Assembly: GCA_002841945.1 (NCBI GenBank)
Contig: PHBI01000002.1
Coordinates: forward strand, 11,972-75,971
DNA from: Deltaproteobacteria bacterium HGW-Deltaproteobacteria-14
GTDB taxonomy: Bacteria; Myxococcota_A; UBA9042; PHBI01
DNA length: 64,000 nt
Reading direction: 5' to 3'
Below, in pieces: positions 10,599 through 18,034 of the stretch. The translations under genes and the position numbers were made by a program. Under the pieces are notes generated by a model that had not been told where the DNA came from, searched no databases, and saw only the letters and a list, made by a program, of their open reading frames with translations. Numbering within the stretch: the first letter of the stretch is position 1; each line of letters opens with the position of its first letter.

Positions 10599-10985
10599 TC
10601 ATGCGCCACGCCCGAAGATGGTCACGAGTTCGGCGACCGCTGATGCGCTCCCGCGATAGTACTTGTCGAGCTGGGCGATGATGACCCAATGCTTCTTCGC
10701 GGTCGGGAGCGCGAGCCAGTACGTGTACGTCAACTCGCCGAACAGCGTGACCGAGGCGGCTCGGTGCGGCTGAGCCGCTCGGTTGGTAGCGTGGCGCCAG
10801 GCGCGGGTGAGCTCGGCGCTCGGGGCGAAGCGGCCCGGGACGGCGAGCTGGGAGGTCGCGTTCTTGCCGAGGGCGTCCTTGCCGCGAAGCATCAGGCCCT
10901 GCACGACCGCCTCGACGACGGCGTTGGCGTCTATCGGGACACGGACGTTGTTGCCTATGTCGAAGCGGGCGCTCGAGGCGGTCAT
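10599..10985 (-). CDS. Hypothetical protein (128 aa)
   Basis: ATG 19 nt after the UvrD stop, same strand, protein-like composition. Confidence 0.55.
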   Translation of the reverse strand: MTASSARFDIGNNVRVPIDANAVVEAVVQGLMLRGKDALGKNATSQLAVPGRFAPSAELTRAWRHATNRAAQPHRAASVTLFGELTYTYWLALPTAKKHWVIIAQLDKYYRGSASAVAELVTIFGRGA

Positions 10986-11004
10986 GTAGGGACCATTGAA
11001 CCGT

Positions 11005-13089
11005 TCAGGCGGAGGCGGGCGCGGGGGCGCGGAGCAGGTCGGCGAGGAATGGAGATGGCTCGCCGGTCCACGTGACCGTGAGGTCGTCGCGGGCGCGGGT
11101 CATAGCGACGTAGAGGAGGCGGCGCTCGCGAGCGATGGCGTCGTCGCGGTCCTGGGGGTCGGGCATGAGGAGCGCGCGGCGTGTCGGGAGGCGGTCGGCG
11201 CCGACGCCGTGGACGATCACGGCCTTGAACTCGAGCCCCTTGGCGTTGTGCATGGTGGTCATGCGAACGCCGGGGCGGTCATCGCGGGCGGGCTCGTTGG
11301 GGTCGAGGCGGCACACGTCGTGACCGGCGGCGAGGAGCGCGCTCTGAAGGGCGTTGAGCTCGGCGTGGGTGTGGGCGAATACCCCGATCTCTTCCTCGCT
11401 CGCGTGACCCGCGGCCAAGATGCGTGAGACGGTCTGGCAGGCGACGCGACGTTCCTCGGCGACGTTCGACGCGGGGACGAGGGACGGGTCGGGGCCGGTC
11501 ATGACGCTGCGGGTGCCGTGGCGGTCCTCGGTGCCCTCTTCGAAGTCGTCGACGGTGTGGCCGAGGACCTGCTCGGCGGCGCGGCGGATCTGATGGGTCG
11601 TCCGGTAGTTCACGCGGAGGACGCGGGAGCGGCCGCGGGTCTCGACGCCGAGGCGGACGAGGGAGAAGCCGCCTGGGTAGATGCGCTGGCCGGCGTCGCC
11701 GACGAGCATCAGGTGGCCCGGGTGCGCGGTGGTGAGAGCGACGAGGAGGCGGATGTCGGGGACCGAGAGGTCCTGGACCTCGTCGACGATGACGGCGGTG
11801 TAAGGGGAGTGCTGACCGGTAGCGAGCGCCTCGGCGGCGGCGGTGCTGAGCGTCGGGAAGGTGTATTCGTTGGCGACGCGCATCGCGGCGAGGAAGATGC
11901 TGAAGACCTGCCACAGCGCCTTTCGCTGAGCGGCGCCGAGGCCGGTGCCGCGGCCGATGCGGCGGGCGCTGCGGTACTCGGGCCAGGTGGTGATGCCCTG
12001 GGGCATGATGACGTGGTCGAGCTCGGCCTCGATGAAGTCGAAGGGCCACGGCACGGCGGGGGCGTCGGCGATGGCGCGGTGGAGGCGGGAGCGGACCTCT
12101 GCGTTCGTCGTGAGCAGGGTCGGCCGGCGCGATCCGGCGGCGTCGACGATGTCGTAGGCGATGGCCTTGACGGTGCGGACGACGATGCGCTCGCGGGTCG
12201 TGGCGTCACAGAGGAGGTCGAGGAGGCGTTCGACGCTTCGGCAGAGGGCCTTGGTGAACGACGTCAGGAGCACGCGCTCGCCCGTCTGGGCGAGGTAGTG
12301 GGCACGGTGTACTGCGACGATGGTCTTGCCGGTGCCGGCGCTGCCGCTGACCTTGGAAGGGCCGGAGAAGTCGCGGGCGACCATGTCGCGCTGGTCGGGG
12401 TGGAGGAAGGTGATCCAGGTTTCGAGCGGCGCGGCGAGGGCACGCGCGAGGGCGTCGGCGTCCTCGGGGGCGTAGAAGCGCCGCGAGAGGTCGGGCGCGG
12501 CGGTAACCGGCTGATCCGGGGCGATGGGGGTCGGAGGGACGACCAGATCGCCGAGGCCGAGATTGAAAAGGCGCTCGCTGACGTCGGGGGCGAGCGTGGG
12601 GTCGCAGCAGAGGGTGGCGAGATCGTCTTCGGACCTGACCTCGCGAGCGAGGGGCAGCCACTCGGGCGGGAGACCGAGAGACAGGAGGTAGTCGTCCGAG
12701 TGGGCCGCAAAGCGAGGCGGGTCCTGGGTGACCGTGCGGGTGATGACGCGTTCGCGGACGCGCTCGACCTCTTGGATGTCGACGATCTCGAAGGTGCCGG
12801 TCTGGACGTTGCGGCCGGTGCGGCGGCGCTCGGCCCAGCGGTAGGCGTCATCGTGGTGGTCGACGTGGAGTAGGAGCCAGTGGTCACCGTCCCGGTAGAG
12901 GATGGCGCGGAGATCCTGACTGATTCGGGCCGACCAGACGCCGTCGCCGTGGGGGTTCTGGACGCGGTGGAGCTGAATCCCCGGGTGGGCCGGGTTCTCC
13001 TGGAAACGGGCGATGAAGGCGTTGGCCTGTGCCTGCTCAGTGGCGGCGAGGGTGGCGAGTTGGGCGAAGAGGTCGCGTGAGAGGAGCAT
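11005..13089 (-). CDS. UvrD/Rep-family SF1 helicase with N-terminal RelE/ParE-like domain
   Basis: Helicase motifs GSAGTGKT, IVDEVQD, VGDAGQRIY, NYRTT, TMHNAKGLEF and LYVAMTRAR. N-terminus FQENPAHPGIQLHRV...VWSARISQDLRAIL...HHDDAYRWA is RelE-fold-like. Confidence 0.85.
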   Translation of the reverse strand: MLLSRDLFAQLATLAATEQAQANAFIARFQENPAHPGIQLHRVQNPHGDGVWSARISQDLRAILYRDGDHWLLLHVDHHDDAYRWAERRRTGRNVQTGTFEIVDIQEVERVRERVITRTVTQDPPRFAAHSDDYLLSLGLPPEWLPLAREVRSEDDLATLCCDPTLAPDVSERLFNLGLGDLVVPPTPIAPDQPVTAAPDLSRRFYAPEDADALARALAAPLETWITFLHPDQRDMVARDFSGPSKVSGSAGTGKTIVAVHRAHYLAQTGERVLLTSFTKALCRSVERLLDLLCDATTRERIVVRTVKAIAYDIVDAAGSRRPTLLTTNAEVRSRLHRAIADAPAVPWPFDFIEAELDHVIMPQGITTWPEYRSARRIGRGTGLGAAQRKALWQVFSIFLAAMRVANEYTFPTLSTAAAEALATGQHSPYTAVIVDEVQDLSVPDIRLLVALTTAHPGHLMLVGDAGQRIYPGGFSLVRLGVETRGRSRVLRVNYRTTHQIRRAAEQVLGHTVDDFEEGTEDRHGTRSVMTGPDPSLVPASNVAEERRVACQTVSRILAAGHASEEEIGVFAHTHAELNALQSALLAAGHDVCRLDPNEPARDDRPGVRMTTMHNAKGLEFKAVIVHGVGADRLPTRRALLMPDPQDRDDAIARERRLLYVAMTRARDDLTVTWTGEPSPFLADLLRAPAPASA

Positions 13090-13092
13090 TGC

Positions 13093-13347
13093 TCAGACCT
13101 CGGGAGCGGGGGGAAGGTCGAGCAGTGCCACCAGCTGGTCGAGCGCGTCGGGTGCCGTGGCTCGGAGCGCGATGGCGATGGTGCCATCGGCGTCGGGGCC
13201 GGCGACGGCGGTCGACGCTGCGGGGTCCTCGGCGTCGAAGAGGTGGACCACGCGGGCGCCGGTGGGTGCCCCCAGCCGGTAGACGAAGCCGGCGACGGAG
13301 CGCCTGTAGCCATCGATGAGGTCGTCGCTGTATCGGAAGACGTCCAT
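13093..13347 (-). CDS. Small protein (84 aa), possibly a remnant N-terminus of a large DEAD-box/DUF1998 helicase
   Basis: ATG at 13347 with GAGG RBS; begins MDVFRYSDDLIDGYRRSVAGFV; ends 3 nt before the UvrD start. Confidence 0.5.
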   Translation of the reverse strand: MDVFRYSDDLIDGYRRSVAGFVYRLGAPTGARVVHLFDAEDPAASTAVAGPDADGTIAIALRATAPDALDQLVALLDLPPAPEV

Positions 13348-13491
13348 GTCGCCTCGGCTGGACCGGCTGCGAACCGCGCACCCGTCGGGATTCGGGGGCA
13401 CGATACGCGGGCGGCCGGGGGTTGCCAACCGCGGCAGAGGTTGATGCACGCTCGCCGGCCGGGTGTTCCGGGGACGGGTGGAACCCCGCTG

Positions 13492-16400
13492 TCAGGGCCG
13501 AGACGTCAACTTCCGGATGTGGCGAGCCAGGTGCTTCTCGTAGAGGTCGGCCCGCACTTCGAAGCGGCAGACAGGACAGCGACCGAACCCGCCGGCGCTC
13601 GAGCTTCGGTCGAGCGGGTGGGAGGCGACGATGTGGCGCGCGAGCTGGGCCGTTCCCATTGGGGCGTTGCAGATAGGACACCCGGGGCCCACCGACCGCT
13701 TTGGGGTTGGCGCCCTGCCCTTCTTTGCGTGGCTCTTGGCCGGCGCCGCCGCTTTGACTGTGGGCGCGCGGGCGGGCAGTGCTGATGGCGTGGGGACCGA
13801 CGTTGTTGACTTCGGGGAAGGGATGCTCTCGAGCGGCGCGCCGTCGCCATCGGGCGGGCGGTCGGACTCGGCGACCAGGAGGCAACGATCGATGTCTTGG
13901 ATGATGCGCGTGAGCCTCGCGCCCTCGGTATTCGCGTCCGAACCTTTGCCGGACACCCAGAGCACCGAGCGCGCCCTGGTCATCGCGACATAGAGGTTCG
14001 TGGCGAGGATGCCGCCGGCTTTGTGCACGAACCCGTCGGCGCAGGCGACAGCGACAATCTCGGCGTCGTGCCCTTTGAAGGAGTGGGGTGTCGAGACCAC
14101 GATGGTGTCATCGCTCGAGGTCAGCTGTTCACTGGCCTGGGCGATGATCTTGGCGCCCGCGCGCTTCACCACGGGAGTAAGGGTGGCCTCGATCTTGCCG
14201 CAGTGGGAGAGCCTGTTGGCGATGATCCGTATGTCGCGCGGGCGGACACCCTCGTTGCGAATCCACTTCTCGATCTGCTGGCCGAGCGTCTCCAGCTCGG
14301 CATCCCGGGAACCGAACAGCTCGACCTGAGGCCGAGGCCCGTCGACGTGGCAGAACCTGACCCGCCACCACGGACGCTTGCCGGCGTGACCCTCTACGAC
14401 GAGGCCACGCTCGAGCAGCTCGCGATGGTCCGGGTCTTCACGCGGTGGGAGAAGCCGGTACAGCAGATTGAGCGCAAACTCGGTGATGGGCCGCGTCGAA
14501 CGAAAGCTTTCCTTCATGACCGTGGAGCGGCCTCGCATGTCGATCCCGAGGTCTGACCACTGGGGCGTCCCGCGTCCGTAGATGTTCTGGGCGTTGTCGA
14601 AGAAGATCACCGCTTGCCGCCGGTTGCTAGCCGAGTCGACCGGCTTCACGAGTTGGTGGAGCAAGCGGAGCGTCTCAGGGCCCATGTCTTGGCCTTCGTC
14701 GACGAACACGGCGTCGCACAAGGGCTTTGGTCTGCCGACGTTCGTGAGGTAGCGGGCCGCCTGGGTGTTGTAGTCGAAGGGATCACCCCGATAGTAGACC
14801 CCCGCGGCCTGCATCAAGAGCCCAAGAAGCTCCTTGATGTGAAAGTACGAGACTTGCTTCGTGGCTGGGTCGAGGCCACGCACCCGCAGGGCGTCGCTGA
14901 CCATGCCGTCGAGCAGGCCCTTCAGGGCTGCGTTTCCGTACACGATCCACAGCGCGCCACGCGGCTTCTCTTCGAGCGTCCGCGCGACCCAGGATGCCAT
15001 GACGACCGTCTTCCCGCTGCCCGCGACGCCGCGCACGAGGCGCGGGCCGCCGTCCATCCTCATGTTGCAGAGGCGCTCCTGCTCCGCGCTCAACAGCCTC
15101 AGCATGGAGCCCCGGTCGTCGAGCTGGGCGCCGAGCGTGGTGGGGTCCGACGCGCGGACCTTGGCCGAGGGTTCGTGGGCGACTTTGGCGGGCACGGCCT
15201 CCCAACGCGTTCGAGGGCCGCGGCCGCGGAGAACGCGCGGAGCGATGTGGTCGACGAGGGAAGCGAGGAATGGTTGCTGCATCTCGTCGCGACTCGCGAT
15301 GAGAAGCACGACCTGCTTGGCGCGGCTCAAGCCGACATTGACGAGTCGCATCCACTCGTGCGTGGGCCACGCCGTGCTCGACGCGTGCACCGTGTCGAAG
15401 ATCACGTAGTCGGCCTCGGCACCTTGCTGAGCATGGATCGTTGACGCCCGCCAGTGGTCGCGGGCGACGGGGTGGTTCGCCAGCCACTGACGGATCTCGC
15501 GCCCCTGGGCGACGAACGGCGACACGAAGAGCCCCGGTCCGCGCGCGAGCTTCGGGTGCGCGTCGAACACTTGGCGGAGCACATCGATGGTCATCGGCCG
15601 GTGCCAACTGCCGCCGCGTTCGGGGCGCTGCGCGCGGAAGGCGGCCGGGGACGATGCCTCTTCGTCGAGGACGTACCACAAGGCCCGAGGCTGCGACTTC
15701 AAGAGAGGATCGAGGTCGGCGCCGGCGGCGACCGCTGGGATCGGTGGGGCGTCCTCGAGCCGGCCGTCGTACTGGTAGTTGGACACGAGTTCGCGGATCT
15801 GAGGCGCCATACGCCACTGCGCGGTGAGCATCACCGTCGACGATGTGAGCGTCGTGGGCGTGAGGTGTGCGAGACTGCTCTCTCCAAGCCACCGCATCCT
15901 GCGCGGTACTTCGACGCGCGCCACGCGAGAGATCGGCGCGAGTTGTCGGGGGTCCCCGACAAGGATGACGCGGGTGCCCGCGTGGAGGGCGAGCGCTGCC
16001 GTGGCAGCTCTCGAGACCAACCCAGCCTCGTCGATGATAACCGTCGAGAAAGGCGGCGGGCCCCCCATCACCGGAGACTGTTCAGCGTCGGCGAGGATCT
16101 GTACTGCCTTGAAAGCGGTCGCAATGACGACCTGGTGTCCGGGATCGAAGAGCGCCAGGTCGGCTTCCCGGAGCTGCTTGCGTAGCGCCTCGATTTCTCG
16201 CTTGATCGCGGCGCGCTCCTCTGGTCGCGTTACGCGGTCCAACTCACGGCGCTTCGCGTTCAGCTCGGCGCGGATTGCGGTTTCGCCGCCGTCGAGGAGC
16301 TCCGTCGCGTCCGCGGCGCGGTAGCGCGTGAGGTCGGCACCGGCGCCAATCCGAAGGACCCTCGTGAGATCCGCCTTCTGTGACCTGCGACGCATCGCGC

Positions 16401-17103
16401 CAACGATACTCAGAGCGGCGCCATCGGTAGCCTTGTTCGTCGTGGAGACGACCAGAATGCGCTCGCCGGACCGCGCGGAGGCAGCCGCGACGAGCTCCCC
16501 GAGGCTGTGGGTCTTGCCGGTCCCGGGCGGACCCCAGAGCACGGTCCAGCGGTGCCCCCAAAGCGGCTCGAGCGCAGGCACTCCGAGACGCGATGCTGGA
16601 ACTGAGACAGCCGGGACCGTGCCAGCCGAGAGGCCGAGCGCCGCCCCGATGAGCCCCGCAGGTCCCCGTCCGGCCTGCTGATAGACCTCATGGAGGAACC
16701 GCGTGAACTCGAACGGCTTGACGATGAAGTCGCCGGGCGTCGGCGCGCCCGAACCGTCCTTGAGACCGATGAAGATGTCCCCAGCGTCGGCATCGATTTC
16801 ATAGACCGTCCCGCTCCATGCGTACCGGGACGCCTCGAAGGAGCCGGGACCGGCGATGTCATCGAAGTCCAAGGGGCGAAACGCGAAGCCCCCCTCCCAA
16901 CTCGAGTCGAGCTCGACGCGCCCGACGTGGACGCGGACGATGCTCTGGTCGGTCACGAGCGGGCGATCCACGCGGTGAGCGGCGATTCGAAGGCTCCGGC
17001 TACATACCCGATGTTCCGCGGCGACCGCGTCGCGTGCCTCGGCGAACCAAGTCGGACCAGCTTCGTGTCGGTGCGATGGTCTCCGGCTCGTCGACATCGC
17101 CAT
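13492..17103 (-). CDS. Tandem SF1 helicase fusion (DNA2/NAM7-like + UvrD-like) with two C-terminal C2H2-type zinc fingers
   Basis: Motor 1: WGPPGTGKT, IIDEAG, VGDPRQLAP, QWRM, TIHAQQGAEAD, NVGLSRAK. Motor 2: RGVAGSGKT, VDEGQD, DNAQNIY, SFRST, HSFKG, YVAMTRAR. Tail: CPIC..RHIVASH and CPVC..KHLARH. Confidence 0.85.
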   Translation of the reverse strand: MAMSTSRRPSHRHEAGPTWFAEARDAVAAEHRVCSRSLRIAAHRVDRPLVTDQSIVRVHVGRVELDSSWEGGFAFRPLDFDDIAGPGSFEASRYAWSGTVYEIDADAGDIFIGLKDGSGAPTPGDFIVKPFEFTRFLHEVYQQAGRGPAGLIGAALGLSAGTVPAVSVPASRLGVPALEPLWGHRWTVLWGPPGTGKTHSLGELVAAASARSGERILVVSTTNKATDGAALSIVGAMRRRSQKADLTRVLRIGAGADLTRYRAADATELLDGGETAIRAELNAKRRELDRVTRPEERAAIKREIEALRKQLREADLALFDPGHQVVIATAFKAVQILADAEQSPVMGGPPPFSTVIIDEAGLVSRAATAALALHAGTRVILVGDPRQLAPISRVARVEVPRRMRWLGESSLAHLTPTTLTSSTVMLTAQWRMAPQIRELVSNYQYDGRLEDAPPIPAVAAGADLDPLLKSQPRALWYVLDEEASSPAAFRAQRPERGGSWHRPMTIDVLRQVFDAHPKLARGPGLFVSPFVAQGREIRQWLANHPVARDHWRASTIHAQQGAEADYVIFDTVHASSTAWPTHEWMRLVNVGLSRAKQVVLLIASRDEMQQPFLASLVDHIAPRVLRGRGPRTRWEAVPAKVAHEPSAKVRASDPTTLGAQLDDRGSMLRLLSAEQERLCNMRMDGGPRLVRGVAGSGKTVVMASWVARTLEEKPRGALWIVYGNAALKGLLDGMVSDALRVRGLDPATKQVSYFHIKELLGLLMQAAGVYYRGDPFDYNTQAARYLTNVGRPKPLCDAVFVDEGQDMGPETLRLLHQLVKPVDSASNRRQAVIFFDNAQNIYGRGTPQWSDLGIDMRGRSTVMKESFRSTRPITEFALNLLYRLLPPREDPDHRELLERGLVVEGHAGKRPWWRVRFCHVDGPRPQVELFGSRDAELETLGQQIEKWIRNEGVRPRDIRIIANRLSHCGKIEATLTPVVKRAGAKIIAQASEQLTSSDDTIVVSTPHSFKGHDAEIVAVACADGFVHKAGGILATNLYVAMTRARSVLWVSGKGSDANTEGARLTRIIQDIDRCLLVAESDRPPDGDGAPLESIPSPKSTTSVPTPSALPARAPTVKAAAPAKSHAKKGRAPTPKRSVGPGCPICNAPMGTAQLARHIVASHPLDRSSSAGGFGRCPVCRFEVRADLYEKHLARHIRKLTSRP

Positions 17104-17231
17104 CGTGCGTCCTTTTCTTCGGCTCTTGGGGTGGTGCTCCCGAGTCAGTGCACAATGCAGGCCGGCACCTGCACCGTCGACATCGTCGAATACACGATTC
17201 GCAGCCCGTCCTCAAGTAGGGGCTCGCGGGT

Positions 17232-17453
17232 TCACAGCAACAGGGCGACGATGAAGCGGTCTTTTTCCGCGCTCGGGACCGTCAGCCAATACTCGTACCC
17301 GGAACCTCCTAACAACCCGTTGGGCGCGGAACTCAACTCCTGGCCGGACAGCGCCACCTCGCCTGACTCGCTAATCTCCAGGTCGACGTACACCGACATC
17401 GGACCTTCGAGACCTTCGAGACCAACCAAAATCGCCCCGTGTGACAATGGCAC
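17232..17453 (-). pseudogene. Short hypothetical, probably truncated gene remnant
   Basis: Protein-like 73-aa stretch (VYVDLEISESGEVALSGQE...YEYWLTVP) ends abruptly at ...FIVALLL. Contains a 9-bp micro-duplication (GACCTTCGA x2). Confidence 0.35.
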
Positions 17454-18034
17454 TCTCCGGTGTCACGCGTCGCCACTTTCGAGGAGCACGCTCGTTCGTT
17501 TTTCTCTTTTTGCGCCGGGATGATGTCCTGTTGATGCCCCGCTGTCACGGGAAGCAGGGACCGGGATCGGTTGATCGACACGCTCATCATGGCCTCTCGA
17601 ATTGGAACAGCCTCCGCGCGAATTGGGCTGCTGGAGAGCGAGCACCGGTGGAGTGCGACCACCGCGGCGAATTCAGATGTTCAGTGCACGACTCGGCGAC
17701 ATGGGGGTGGTAGCAAGATCCGGAGGAGGGTCGTTCGGGCCCCCAGTCCTTCTCTTCGGCCCTGGAGTCCCCGTGCCCCCCAGCGCGCCCCTATGTGGGT
17801 CACGCGAGCCTTGCAGGACAACGCCCCGAAGCATTCGACCTCGTCCCGAACTTGGCGGGTCGCGCTCGGAACGGGGCTGTGCCATGCTGCCATGCAGCAT
17901 GATTCGACGCCGCCACAACTATGCGTCTCGGCCGAGGTTTGGCGTTCCGACCTCGTCAGGCCATCGGGTTGCCCCGCAGTCCGTTGACCGAGGCGTGATC
18001 CTCGTTAGGTGCTATCCTGCGGGAGTAGACGCTC

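Noticed and set aside
17441-17466. GTGACA-N14-TGTCAC inverted repeat between the double helicase and zorA
   Set aside because: Only 6-bp arms and no cognate regulator in the window; could be chance.
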